64,000 nt of DNA. Source: an uncultured Candidatus Binatia bacterium. Its GTDB lineage: Bacteria; Desulfobacterota; Binatia; HRBIN30; JACQVA1. The position numbers and the translations under genes are program-made. Shown one piece after another: positions 20,300 to 29,486 of the stretch. The first letter of the stretch is position 1. Each line of letters starts with the position of its first letter. Under the pieces are notes generated by a model, which had not been told where the DNA came from, made no database searches, and was given only the letters and a program-made list of their open reading frames with translations. The stretch is taken from positions 888 through 64,887 of the forward strand of contig CAZYMF010000005.1 of assembly GCA_964648215.1 (NCBI GenBank), read 5' to 3'.

Positions 20300-21240
20300 C
20301 CGCTCCGGGACGCAAGCTGCGCGCCGCGGTGATCGGCGCGGGCTACCTCGGCCCCTTTCACGCCGAGAAGTACTCCGGTCTCGCCACCGTCGATCTCGTC
20401 GGCGTCGTCGACATCGACGGCTCCCGATCGGCGGAGCTCGCGGGGCGGCTGGGGACCCGAGCCTTCACCGACTACCGCGAGCTGTTCGGCAAGGTCGACT
20501 GCGTCAGTCTCGCGGTGCCGACGCCGGCTCACGGCGGCATCGGCAAGGACCTCCTTGTCCACGGCATCGACGTGCTGGTGGAGAAACCGGTCACCGCCAC
20601 CGTGGCCGAGGGCCGCGAGCTGGTGGCGCTCGCCGAGAAGCACGGGCGCATTCTGCAGGTCGGTCATCTCGAGCGCTTCAATCCCGCCATTCGCTCCCTG
20701 GGCGGCGTGTTGACGCGGCCGCGTTTCATCGAGTGCCACCGCCTGGCGTCGTTCATCGAGCGCGGTACCGAGGTGGACGTCATCCTCGACCTCATGATCC
20801 ACGATCTCGACGTCATCCTCAGCGTGGTTCCGGGCGAGATCGAGCGCGTCGAGGCGGTCGGCGTGCCGGTGCTGACCGGGCAGATCGACATCGCCAACGC
20901 GCGGCTGCGCTTCGAGAGTGGTTGCATCGCCAACGTGACCGCCAGCCGGGTGGCGACCAAGCGCGAGCGCAAGATCCGCTTCTTCCAGGCCGATACCTAC
21001 GTCTCGGTGGATTACGACGCCAAGCGGGTGCGGGTGTATCGCCGGCGGCACCAGGAGACGGGTGCGCCGGAGATCGACGTCGCCGAGCAGCAGTTTCCTA
21101 CCAGCGACGCATTGCTCGCCGAGGTCACGGACTTCGTCGAAGCGGTACGCGAGCGGCGTCCGCCGGTGGTCGACGGTCGCGCCGCCTTGCGCGCCCTCGA
21201 GGTCGCCCAGCTCATCAAGGATTCGCTGGAGACCGTATGA
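20296..21240 (+). CDS. Gfo/Idh/MocA family NAD(P)-dependent oxidoreductase (lpx-cluster associated)
   Basis: N-terminal Rossmann motif LRAAVIGAGYLG and a HDLD motif. ATGA overlaps at both ends. Confidence 0.85.
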   Translation: MTAPGRKLRAAVIGAGYLGPFHAEKYSGLATVDLVGVVDIDGSRSAELAGRLGTRAFTDYRELFGKVDCVSLAVPTPAHGGIGKDLLVHGIDVLVEKPVTATVAEGRELVALAEKHGRILQVGHLERFNPAIRSLGGVLTRPRFIECHRLASFIERGTEVDVILDLMIHDLDVILSVVPGEIERVEAVGVPVLTGQIDIANARLRFESGCIANVTASRVATKRERKIRFFQADTYVSVDYDAKRVRVYRRRHQETGAPEIDVAEQQFPTSDALLAEVTDFVEAVRERRPPVVDGRAALRALEVAQLIKDSLETV

Positions 21241-22397
21241 GCGAGTCGCCACCGATGGCCGGCCCGCAGCCGGCGGGGAGCGCGAAACGTGTCCTCCTGG
21301 TGGCCGGCGAGGCCTCCGGCGATCTCCACGCCGCGGCGCTGGTGGATGCCGTGCGCCAGGCGGATCCGTCAGTGGAGTTTTGGGGAGTCGGCGGCCAGCA
21401 CCTGCGAACCGCGGGAATGCACGTGCTCGTCGATACGGCGCACGTCGCCACCATGGGACTGACCGAAACCTTCGGCATGCTCGGGCGGCTCGTGGGAACG
21501 TACCGTCGGCTGCTCCGCTTTCTCGACGAGCAGAAGCCCGCGCTGGTGATTCTGGTCGACTATCCGGAGTTCAATTTGCTGCTCGCGCGCCAGGCCAAGC
21601 GGCGGGGCATTCGCGTGTTCTACTTCATCGGGCCGCAGGTGTGGGCGTGGCGGCGTGGCCGCGTGCGCAAGATCGTGCAGCGGGTCGACCGCATGGCGGT
21701 GGTGTTTCCCTTCGAGCCCGAACTCTACAACAACGGCCGGGCGGTGGCCGAGTTCGTCGGCCATCCGCTGCTCGATCGCGTTCGCGTGACGCGGACGCGC
21801 GAGGAAACCTTGGCCCGCCACGGTCTCGACCCGCAGCGGCGCACCCTCGCCATCTTGCCGGGAAGCCGCAAGAAGGAGGTCCGCTATCTTCTGGAGCCGA
21901 GCTTGGTGGCGGCGCGGCGGCTGGTGGACGAGGACGGCTGGCAGGCGATCGTGGCCCTGGCGCCGACCCTGACGGCGGCGGATCTGCGGGCGACGTTGGG
22001 GCGGGAGGTCGCGCTGCCGGTGGCGATCGACGACACGTACAACGTGGTGAACGCGGCCGACGCCGCGCTGGTGGCCTCGGGCACGGCGACGCTGGAGACG
22101 GTCCTGCTGGGCTGCCCGATGGTGATCATGTACCGCGTCTCGCCGTTCACCTTTGCCGTCGCGCGGCGCCTGGTGGATGTCGAAGCGATCGGCATGCCCA
22201 ACATCATCCTCGGCCGCAAGGTGTTTCCCGAGCTGATCCAGAACGAGGTCACCCCGGAGCGTCTGGTGGCGGCCGTGCGCGAGCTGCAGGGCCATGGCCA
22301 GGAGCAGCGCGCGGCGCTGGCGGTCGTCCGCGAGCGTCTGGGAGGGCCGGGGGCAGCGCAACGGGCGGCCGCCATGGTATTGGAGCTGCTGCAATGA
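21237..22397 (+). CDS. lpxB: Lipid-A-disaccharide synthase LpxB
   Basis: The true start is MSESPP... at 21237, internal to track ORF 20247..22397. Motifs VLLVAGEASGDLHAA, DYPEFNL and LPGSRKKEV. Confidence 0.92.
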   Translation: MSESPPMAGPQPAGSAKRVLLVAGEASGDLHAAALVDAVRQADPSVEFWGVGGQHLRTAGMHVLVDTAHVATMGLTETFGMLGRLVGTYRRLLRFLDEQKPALVILVDYPEFNLLLARQAKRRGIRVFYFIGPQVWAWRRGRVRKIVQRVDRMAVVFPFEPELYNNGRAVAEFVGHPLLDRVRVTRTREETLARHGLDPQRRTLAILPGSRKKEVRYLLEPSLVAARRLVDEDGWQAIVALAPTLTAADLRATLGREVALPVAIDDTYNVVNAADAALVASGTATLETVLLGCPMVIMYRVSPFTFAVARRLVDVEAIGMPNIILGRKVFPELIQNEVTPERLVAAVRELQGHGQEQRAALAVVRERLGGPGAAQRAAAMVLELLQ

Positions 22398-24148
22398 ATG
22401 CCCTCTACCGCCGGCTGCTGACCTACCTGCGACCCTACGTGTGGCCGTACTTCGCCCTCGCCATGGTGTGCATGGTCCTCTACAGCAGCACCAACGGGGT
22501 GATGCCGCTGCTGGTGCGGCACATCTTCGACGACGTGTTCAGCAACAAGGACGCGTTCGCCCTGAGGGTGCTCCCGATCATCATCATCGGGGTGTTCGTG
22601 GCCCGCGGCGTCTTCGGCTTCGGCAGCACGTATCTCACCGAGTACGTCGGCCAGCGCATCATCGCCGACCTGCGCAACCAGCTCAACGACCACGTCCAGC
22701 ACCTCTCTCTGTCCTTCTTCAACCGCACCCCCACGGGGACCATCCTGTCGCGCATCACCAACGACGTGGCCCTGGTCCGCTCGGCGCTGACCGACGCGGT
22801 GGCCTCGATTCTGAAGGACGGGACCTCGTTGCTGGTCCTCGTGGCGGTCGCTTTCTGGCAGGACTGGTTGCTGTCGCTGATCGCCTTCGTCGTCTTTCCC
22901 GCCTCGGTGCTGCCAATGATCCGCCTCTCCAAGCGCCTGCGCGGCTTCAGCCGCAAGGGGCAGGTGTCGATGGCCAACCTGACGGTGCTGCTGCAGGAGA
23001 CGGTGCAGGGAAGCCGGGTGGTCCGCGCCTTCGGCATGGAGGACTACGAGCAACGCCGCTTCGCCGCGGAGAACGATCGCCTGTTCAAGTTGGCGATGAA
23101 GGCGACGTGGATTCGGGCCTTCACCAACCCGATGATGGAGATCCTGGCGGCCTTCGGCATCGCCGGGGTGGTTTTCTACGGCGGCCACAGCGTCATCGAG
23201 GGCGGGCGCACGCAGGGCGCCTTTCTCGCCTTTCTCACGGCGTTGTTCCTGCTCTACGATCCCTTCAAGGCGCTGGCGAAGACCAACAACGTGATCCAGC
23301 AAGGCCTGGCGGCCGCCGAGCGCGTGTTCGAGTTTCTCGACTCCCAGACCGATGTGCCGGACAAGCCGGGGGGACGCGCTCTGGGTTTGGTGAGTGGGGG
23401 CATCACCTTCGAGCAGGTCGGCTTTCGCTACGAGCACGACATGGTTTTGAAAGACGTGAACCTGCGTATCGGGCGCGGGGAGGTGGTGGCCCTGGTGGGC
23501 ATGAGCGGCGGTGGCAAGAGCACGCTGGCCGATCTGCTGCTGCGCTTCTACGACGTCGCCGCAGGAACCATCACCATCGACGGCATCGACATTCGCGACT
23601 ACAGCCTGCAGAGCCTGCGCGCGCAGATTGCTCTGGTCACGCAGCACACGTTCCTGTTCAACGACACCGTGCGCAACAACATCGCCTACGGCAACATCGA
23701 GTGCGGCATGCCGGCGATCGTGGCGGCGGCCAAGGCGGCCAACGCGCACGAGTTCATCGAGGCGCTGCCGAACGGCTATGATACGGTCATCGGCGAGCTC
23801 GGCTTCAAGCTCTCCGGCGGCCAGCGGCAGCGGCTGGCCATCGCCCGCGCGCTGCTGAAGAACGCGCCGATCCTGGTGCTCGACGAGGCGACCTCGGCCC
23901 TCGACAACGAGTCCGAGCGGCTGGTGCAGGTGGCGCTCGAGACGTTGATGGCCGGCCGGACCACCCTGGTGATCGCCCACCGCCTGTCGACCATCCGTCG
24001 GGCCGACCGCATCGTGGTGCTGTCGGCCGGACGCGTCGTCGAGCAAGGCACCCACGACGAGCTGTTGGCCCTCAATGCCGAGTATCGCAAGCTCCACGAT
24101 CTGCAGTTTCGCGACGACGAGCCGCCGGCCGGCAAGACGCTGCACTGA
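22394..24148 (+). CDS. msbA: Lipid A export ABC transporter MsbA (fused permease-ATPase)
   Basis: Start MNALYRRLLTYLRPY at 22394 (ATGA overlap with lpxB). Six-TM domain, Walker A GMSGGGKST, signature LSGGQRQR, Walker B LVLDEATSALD. Confidence 0.9.
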   Translation: MNALYRRLLTYLRPYVWPYFALAMVCMVLYSSTNGVMPLLVRHIFDDVFSNKDAFALRVLPIIIIGVFVARGVFGFGSTYLTEYVGQRIIADLRNQLNDHVQHLSLSFFNRTPTGTILSRITNDVALVRSALTDAVASILKDGTSLLVLVAVAFWQDWLLSLIAFVVFPASVLPMIRLSKRLRGFSRKGQVSMANLTVLLQETVQGSRVVRAFGMEDYEQRRFAAENDRLFKLAMKATWIRAFTNPMMEILAAFGIAGVVFYGGHSVIEGGRTQGAFLAFLTALFLLYDPFKALAKTNNVIQQGLAAAERVFEFLDSQTDVPDKPGGRALGLVSGGITFEQVGFRYEHDMVLKDVNLRIGRGEVVALVGMSGGGKSTLADLLLRFYDVAAGTITIDGIDIRDYSLQSLRAQIALVTQHTFLFNDTVRNNIAYGNIECGMPAIVAAAKAANAHEFIEALPNGYDTVIGELGFKLSGGQRQRLAIARALLKNAPILVLDEATSALDNESERLVQVALETLMAGRTTLVIAHRLSTIRRADRIVVLSAGRVVEQGTHDELLALNAEYRKLHDLQFRDDEPPAGKTLH

Positions 24149-24206
24149 GGGGGCGGTGAGTCGCGGGGAACTGACCGTGCAGCGCAGAGAAGGTCGGTCG
24201 CGGGGG

Positions 24207-24248
24207 GAAATGAGAAACAGGAAACGGGAAACCGGAAACTGGAAACCG
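24207..24248. repeat. Six in-phase 7-bp tandem units GAAA(C/T)NN (five are GAAACNG) in the msbA-DUF374 intergenic region
   Basis: Read directly: GAAATGA GAAACAG GAAACGG GAAACCG GAAACTG GAAACCG. Unit starts are 24207, 24214, 24221, 24228, 24235 and 24242. Confidence 0.9.
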
Positions 24249-24418
24249 ACCGATTCGGCTCGCCGCTTCCCCGCGCGTTGGCCCGTTTTTCATTCCCGGC
24301 TTGCTGTTTTCTCTTTTTCATTCGGCCGCGTCTGTCCGACTGAGGGCACGCCGTGACCAGCGCCGCCGGGCCCTCGTCCCAGCCTTCGCCCGGCAGAGCG
24401 AGACGGGGCGGCCCAACC

Positions 24419-25090
24419 ATGCCGGGGAAACTGCGCGAGCGACTGCTCCAGCTGTTGGTCGCCATCGCGCCGCGGCTCCTCAGCGGCGCCTTGTGGCTGC
24501 TGGCGCGAACCCTGCGGATCGAGTACGAGCACGCCGAGGAGCTGTTCGACTGCTGGGCCCGGCGCGAGCAGGTGATCATCGCCTTCTGGCACAACCGGGC
24601 GGTGTTGATGCCGCTGCCCTATCGGGGAGAAAAGCTGTGCATCATGAACAGCCAGCACCGCGACGGCGAAATCGCCACCCGCGCCCTGGAGCGCTGGGGC
24701 ATCCGCTCGGTGCGCGGCTCGGCCACGCGTGGCGGGGTGGGCGGGTTCCTGCAGCTGGTGGCCGCCTACCGCGACGGCTACGACCTGGCGGTCGTTCCGG
24801 ACGGGCCGCGCGGGCCCCGCTACGTGGTCAAGCCGGGGATCATCCACCTCGCCAGGGCGACCGGAGCGCGGATCTTTCCGGTCAGCTATGCCGCCTCGCG
24901 CAAGAAGCAACTGCGTAGCTGGGATCGGCTGATCATCCCGCTGCCCTGCGCCCGCGTCGCGTTGGTCGTCGGCGAGCCGCTGGCGGTCGGGCGCGATGCC
25001 GACGAGGCGCGGATCGAGAGCCAACGGATGCTGCTCGAAACGCGTCTCAGGGAGATCACGGCGGCGGCCGAGGCCCGCTTCGGTGCCTGA
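24419..25090 (+). CDS. DUF374 (lysophospholipid acyltransferase-like) protein commonly found next to waaA
   Basis: FWHNRAVLMP, SQHRDGE, RGSATRGG, VVPDGPRGPRY. ATG 24419 is preferred; the track start is GTG 24353. Confidence 0.8.
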   Translation: MPGKLRERLLQLLVAIAPRLLSGALWLLARTLRIEYEHAEELFDCWARREQVIIAFWHNRAVLMPLPYRGEKLCIMNSQHRDGEIATRALERWGIRSVRGSATRGGVGGFLQLVAAYRDGYDLAVVPDGPRGPRYVVKPGIIHLARATGARIFPVSYAASRKKQLRSWDRLIIPLPCARVALVVGEPLAVGRDADEARIESQRMLLETRLREITAAAEARFGA

Positions 25091-25106
25091 GGCGCGCAGC
25101 GGGGAG

Positions 25107-26381
25107 ATGAGGGCCGGCTCGGTGAGCATGCGGCTGTACGACGCGCTCGGACGCGCGGTGGCCATCCTGGGCCGGCCGCTGTTGCCGCTGTTGGCCGTGA
25201 GCCGGGTCGGCGCCGGGCTGAGCGAGCGTCTGGGAGAGCTGCCACCAGCCGTCCGCGCGCTGGCGGGGCGGCGGCCGTTCTGGCTGCACGCGGCCTCGGT
25301 CGGTGAAGCGCTGGCCTGCGGGCCGCTGGTGACCGCGCTCCGGGAACGCTGGCCCGATCTGCCGGTGATGCTGACGACGACGAGCCTGACCGGTCGGGAG
25401 GCCGCCCGCCGGCTTCCCGGGGTCGACGCCGTCATGCTGCTACCCCTGGATTTGCGCCCGCTCGTGACCGCCGCGCTGCGAGTGCTGCGGCCGGGGGCGC
25501 TGCTGATCGTCGAGACGGAGATCTGGCCGGCCCTGTTGCGTGCCGCCGCCGAGGCCGGCATACCGGCGATGGTGGTCAGCGGGCGAGTATCCGAGCGTGC
25601 GTCGCGACGTTATCGCTTGATTCGACCGTTGCTGCGCGACACCTTTCGCTGCGTGACCGCCTTCGGGATGCAGACCGAGACCGACGCCGAGCGGGTGCTC
25701 GCTCTCGGCGCGGAGCGCGTGCGCGTGCACATCACGGGCAGCCTGAAGTACGCGCGGCTGCTGCCGAGCGCGACCGGCCGGCGCAGCTTGCCGGGAACCG
25801 CCGGTCGCCCGGTCGTGGTGGCGGCGAGCACCCAGCCGGGAGAGGAGGAGGTGGTGCTGGAGGCGCATGCGGCGCTCGCGGTGGAGCAACCCGACTGCGT
25901 GCTGCTGCTGGCGCCGCGCCGTCCCGAGAGATTCGCCGAGGTGGCGGCGCTGCTGCAGGGCCGCGGCCTGTGTTGGCAACGACGGAGCAGCCTCGGCGAG
26001 GGTGTGGAGGCGCGCACGCAGGTGGTTCTGCTGGACTCGCTCGGCGAGCTGCCGACGCTGCTGGGCGGGGCACGCGCGGTTTTCGTCGGCGGTACGATCA
26101 GCCCGCTCGGTGGGCACAACGTGCTCGAGCCGGCGGCCGCGGGCACCCCGGTCTGCTTCGGCCCGCACACGGAAAACGTGGCCGAGGCCGCGGCGAGCCT
26201 GGTGGCCGCGGGAGGCGGCGCCGTGGTGCGCAATGCGAACGAGCTGCAAGCGTTGTGGCTCCGGCTGCTGGCCGATCCGGACGCGGCTCGCGCCATGGGG
26301 GCGGCGGCGCGCCGGGTCGTCGAGGCGCGTGCCCGCGTTCTCGTCGATACCCTGGCGCTGGTCGAGCGCGCTTTGCCATGA
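25107..26381 (+). CDS. waaA: 3-deoxy-D-manno-octulosonic acid (Kdo) transferase WaaA/KdtA
   Basis: FWLHAASVGE, VMLTTTSLTGRE, IVETEIWPAL, GGTISPLGGHNVLEPAA. The start is 25107 or 25128, internal to track ORF 24996..26381. Confidence 0.9.
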   Translation: MRAGSVSMRLYDALGRAVAILGRPLLPLLAVSRVGAGLSERLGELPPAVRALAGRRPFWLHAASVGEALACGPLVTALRERWPDLPVMLTTTSLTGREAARRLPGVDAVMLLPLDLRPLVTAALRVLRPGALLIVETEIWPALLRAAAEAGIPAMVVSGRVSERASRRYRLIRPLLRDTFRCVTAFGMQTETDAERVLALGAERVRVHITGSLKYARLLPSATGRRSLPGTAGRPVVVAASTQPGEEEVVLEAHAALAVEQPDCVLLLAPRRPERFAEVAALLQGRGLCWQRRSSLGEGVEARTQVVLLDSLGELPTLLGGARAVFVGGTISPLGGHNVLEPAAAGTPVCFGPHTENVAEAAASLVAAGGGAVVRNANELQALWLRLLADPDAARAMGAAARRVVEARARVLVDTLALVERALP

Positions 26382-27475
26382 CCCTCGCCGAACGGGTACG
26401 GGACCGCGTGTGGCGCCGTCGCGGAATCGATGGCTGGATCGGCTACCTCGCCCTGCGCCCGCTCTCCGGCCTGTTCGGTGCGGGGGTAGCGGCGCGCAAC
26501 GCCGCCTACCGCATCGGCGTACTGCCCGTTCGCCACGCGCCGCTACCGGTGGTGAGCATCGGCAACCTGACCGTGGGTGGCACCGGCAAGACGCCGCTGA
26601 CCCTGTGGCTCGCGGATGCGCTGCAGCGGCGCGGCTTGCGCCCCGGGATCCTGCTCCGCGGCTACGGCGGCAGCGCCGCCGGTGTGACCGTGGTCTCGGA
26701 CGGCGGCGGGCCGCAGGCGTCGGTTGCGGTTGCGGGCGACGAGGCGGTGATGCTGGCGCGTCGCTTTGGCGGTGTCGTCGTTACCGCGCGCAAACGGATC
26801 GACGGGGCCCGGCGGGCGGCGGAGCTCGGGTGTCGCATGGTGCTCCTCGACGACGGGTTTCAGCACCGGGCGCTGGCGCGGGATTTCGATCTCGTCCTGG
26901 TCGACGGCCAGCGTGGGGCGTTGTTGCCGGCGGGCCCCAACCGCGAGCGGACCGGCGCCCTGTGTCGCGCCGACGCGATCGTGGTCGTGGGCGCGGAGCC
27001 CGACGAGCCGGTGCCTCCGCTGCCCCGGAGCGCCAGCGGCAAACCCGTCTTTCGCGCTCGTTTCGAGGCGCATTCGCTGGTGACCTCGGACGCGGGGGTG
27101 TGGCAGGAGCTGCCACTCTCCGAGCTGGCGGGCCGCCGCGTGGCGGCCGTGGCCGGCATCGGCTCGCCCGACCGCTTCTACCGCCTGCTGCACCAGTGGG
27201 AGGCCCAGCTCGAGGAGATCGTCGCCTACCCGGACCATCATTCCTACACGCGGACCGATTGGCAGGAGATCGCGCGTGCCACGCGCAACGTCGACCTGGT
27301 GGCCACCACCGAGAAGGACCTCGTCAAGCTCGAGAGCTTTCCCTTTGCAAGGGGGAAACTGGTTGCGCTACGGATAGGCGCCGAGGTCGCAGACGGTGAG
27401 GAGCTGGTGGAGATGATCGTGGCCCGGATCGGTGCCGCCGCCGGGACTGAAGGAGAAAGAGATGGGAATCAGTAA
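26378..27475 (+). CDS. lpxK: Tetraacyldisaccharide 4'-kinase LpxK
   Basis: VVSIGNLTVGGTGKTP P-loop and LLDDGFQH. ATGA overlap with waaA; the start is internal to track ORF 25970..27475. Confidence 0.9.
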   Translation: MTLAERVRDRVWRRRGIDGWIGYLALRPLSGLFGAGVAARNAAYRIGVLPVRHAPLPVVSIGNLTVGGTGKTPLTLWLADALQRRGLRPGILLRGYGGSAAGVTVVSDGGGPQASVAVAGDEAVMLARRFGGVVVTARKRIDGARRAAELGCRMVLLDDGFQHRALARDFDLVLVDGQRGALLPAGPNRERTGALCRADAIVVVGAEPDEPVPPLPRSASGKPVFRARFEAHSLVTSDAGVWQELPLSELAGRRVAAVAGIGSPDRFYRLLHQWEAQLEEIVAYPDHHSYTRTDWQEIARATRNVDLVATTEKDLVKLESFPFARGKLVALRIGAEVADGEELVEMIVARIGAAAGTEGERDGNQ

Positions 27476-27635
27476 CGAGCTACTCGAAATCTTGGCCTGT
27501 CCGAAATGTAAAGGGGCGATTCAGCTCAATGACAAGGCCGACGGCCTGGTGTGCAACAGCTGCAAGCTGATGTATCCGATCAAGGACGACATCCCGATCA
27601 TGCTGATCGACGAGGCGGTGCACCTGGAGTCCTGA
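27462..27635 (+). CDS. Trm112/YcaR-family small zinc-ribbon protein
   Basis: LLEILACPKCKG...LVCNSCKLMYPIKDDIPIML. AAGGAG lies upstream of ATG 27462. The position after lpxK is conserved. Confidence 0.8.
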   Translation: MGISNELLEILACPKCKGAIQLNDKADGLVCNSCKLMYPIKDDIPIMLIDEAVHLES

Positions 27636-27675
27636 TCCGCTTCCTTCCCCCAGGGGAGGAGGGGGCGGACGAATC

Positions 27676-28728
27676 ATGCGTATCGTCGTTGCTCAGACGA
27701 GCTTCCTCGGCGACGTCGTGTTGAGCACGCCGGTCTTCGCCGCCTTGAAACGACATCGCCCCGATTGTCACGTTACGGCCTGGGTGCGGCCGGAGGCGGC
27801 GGCCGTGCTCGACGGGCATCCGGACGTCGACGCGGTTCTGGTGGACGACAAGCGTGGCGCCGACCGAGGTCCGCGAGGCCTGCTCCGCCTGCGCCGGCAA
27901 CTCGTTGCAGGCCGTTTCGATGTCGCTCTGGCGTTGCACAAGTCGCTGCGCACCGCGGTCCTGCTCGCCCTGGCGCGCGTGCCGCGCCGTATCGGCTTCC
28001 GCCAGAGCGCGGGGTGGTTCCTGTATCACCAGCTCGTCCGCCGCGATGCCTCCCTGCATGACGTGGAGCGCAATCTCTCGCTCGTGGCGGCCCTGGACAT
28101 CGATCCGCAGGCCGTGCCGCCGCGACTGCTCGTCGCTCCCAACCCCACGGCGGCGGGCCGGTTCGGGGCGCTCCTGCGCGAGCTCGGCGCGCCGGTGGAT
28201 CTCCCCTTCGTCGGCATGGCTCCGGGCTCGGTCTGGGCCACGAAGCGGTGGACGGTCGAGGGGTTCGCCGCGGTGGCGCGGGCGCTCGCGGCACAGGGCC
28301 AGCGGGTCCTCCTGCTCGGCGCGCCGAACGAACGCGCCATCGCCGACGAGGTTGAACGCCGGTGTGGTGGCGTTGCCATCAACGTCTGCGGCCGTACCGA
28401 CGTGGCCATGCTGGTGGCGGCGATCGACGCCTGCCATCTGCTGATCAGCAACGACAGCGCGCCGATGCACATCGCCGTCGCGCGCTCGGTCCCGGTAGTG
28501 GCCATCTTCGGGGCGACGCATCCGCGCCAGGGGTACGGGCCGTACAGCGACCGCGCCGTCGTCGTCCAACGCGAGCTCGACTGCCGTCCTTGTGGCCGGC
28601 ACGGGGGCGAGACGTGCCCGATCGGGACGCACGAGTGCATGCGCGCCATCGGCGCGGAGGACGTGCTCGCAGCGGCGCGACGGTTGCTGGCCGCGGAGCC
28701 GTCCTCATCGCGATCGGCGGCGTCGTGA
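27676..28728 (+). CDS. Glycosyltransferase family 9 (ADP-heptose:LPS heptosyltransferase)
   Basis: IVVAQTSFLGDVVLSTP N-terminus, KRW motif, SNDSAPMHIA. Confidence 0.85.
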   Translation: MRIVVAQTSFLGDVVLSTPVFAALKRHRPDCHVTAWVRPEAAAVLDGHPDVDAVLVDDKRGADRGPRGLLRLRRQLVAGRFDVALALHKSLRTAVLLALARVPRRIGFRQSAGWFLYHQLVRRDASLHDVERNLSLVAALDIDPQAVPPRLLVAPNPTAAGRFGALLRELGAPVDLPFVGMAPGSVWATKRWTVEGFAAVARALAAQGQRVLLLGAPNERAIADEVERRCGGVAINVCGRTDVAMLVAAIDACHLLISNDSAPMHIAVARSVPVVAIFGATHPRQGYGPYSDRAVVVQRELDCRPCGRHGGETCPIGTHECMRAIGAEDVLAAARRLLAAEPSSSRSAAS

Positions 28729-29486
28729 CCCGCGCCGATCCGCTCCCCGACGGGTTCGAGTGGTTTCACGCGGGCCGGTTGACCGTCGCCGTGCGGGCCG
28801 AGCTGCGGGCGGAGCTGGTGCCGCTGCTGCGCCAATGGAGCGGCGGGACGCTGCCACCCGGCCGGCCCCTCGCCGGTGGCCGTGGCGGCGTGACGGCGTA
28901 CGACGTGTCGCCTCGCTTGGCCGTCGTTGTGCGCCCGTACCGACGCGGGGGTTTCCTGCGGCACTTCAATCGAGAGGTGTATCTCGGCGGGTCACCGCGC
29001 CCGTTTCTCGAGCTGGTGGTGGGGGAAACGTTGCGTGCTCGAGGAGTACGCACGCTGGAGCTGCTGGCGGCGGGCGTGCGACGGTTCCCGTTCCTCGGCT
29101 ATCGCGGCGCCCTCATCAGCCGTGAGGTCCCCTCGGCCGTCAACCTCTGGCAATACATGCGGAACGCGCCGGCGGAGGAGCGAGTCAGGGTGTGCGAGCA
29201 GGCGGCGCGGGTGACGCGTGGGATGCACGACGCCGGAGTGATTCATCCGGACCTGAACCTACAGAACTTTCTGGTGCAGCGGGTGACGTCCGGTACGGAA
29301 GTACTGGTGATCGACTTCGACCGCGCACGTCTCTGCACGGTGCGTCCGCGGCAGCGCGAAGCGGCCGTGGCGCGTCTGCTCCGGTCGGTGCGACGGCTGG
29401 ATCCGGAGCGAGAAGTGGTCACGCAGAGGTGTGTCGCCGCCCTACAGGCGATTGGCGAGGCGAGGGAATGCACGTCGTACACGTGA
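28725..29486 (+). CDS. Lipopolysaccharide kinase (Kdo/WaaP family)
   Basis: RPYRRGG, HDAGVIHPDLNLQNFLV, VIDFDRA. GTG 28725 overlaps the GT9 stop (GTGA); the start is internal to track ORF 28362..29486. Confidence 0.75.
   Translation: MTRADPLPDGFEWFHAGRLTVAVRAELRAELVPLLRQWSGGTLPPGRPLAGGRGGVTAYDVSPRLAVVVRPYRRGGFLRHFNREVYLGGSPRPFLELVVGETLRARGVRTLELLAAGVRRFPFLGYRGALISREVPSAVNLWQYMRNAPAEERVRVCEQAARVTRGMHDAGVIHPDLNLQNFLVQRVTSGTEVLVIDFDRARLCTVRPRQREAAVARLLRSVRRLDPEREVVTQRCVAALQAIGEARECTSYT

Noticed and set aside
24072-24356. Small ORFs on both strands across the heptad array (24072..24293 minus, 24075..24356 plus).
   Set aside because: Their translations are driven by the repeat itself (FPVSGFPFPVSHF, RNRKRETGNWK). 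The region is A/T-rich intergenic DNA between two well-defined genes.
25107-27475. Track ORFs starting at 24996 (waaA) and 25970 (lpxK), and the 510-aa ORF 25867..27399, as alternative gene models.
   Set aside because: The conserved N-termini of WaaA and LpxK begin at internal start codons that give classic ATGA coupling. The extra N-terminal sequence, and the whole of 25867..27399, is Arg/Pro/Gly-rich with no motifs.
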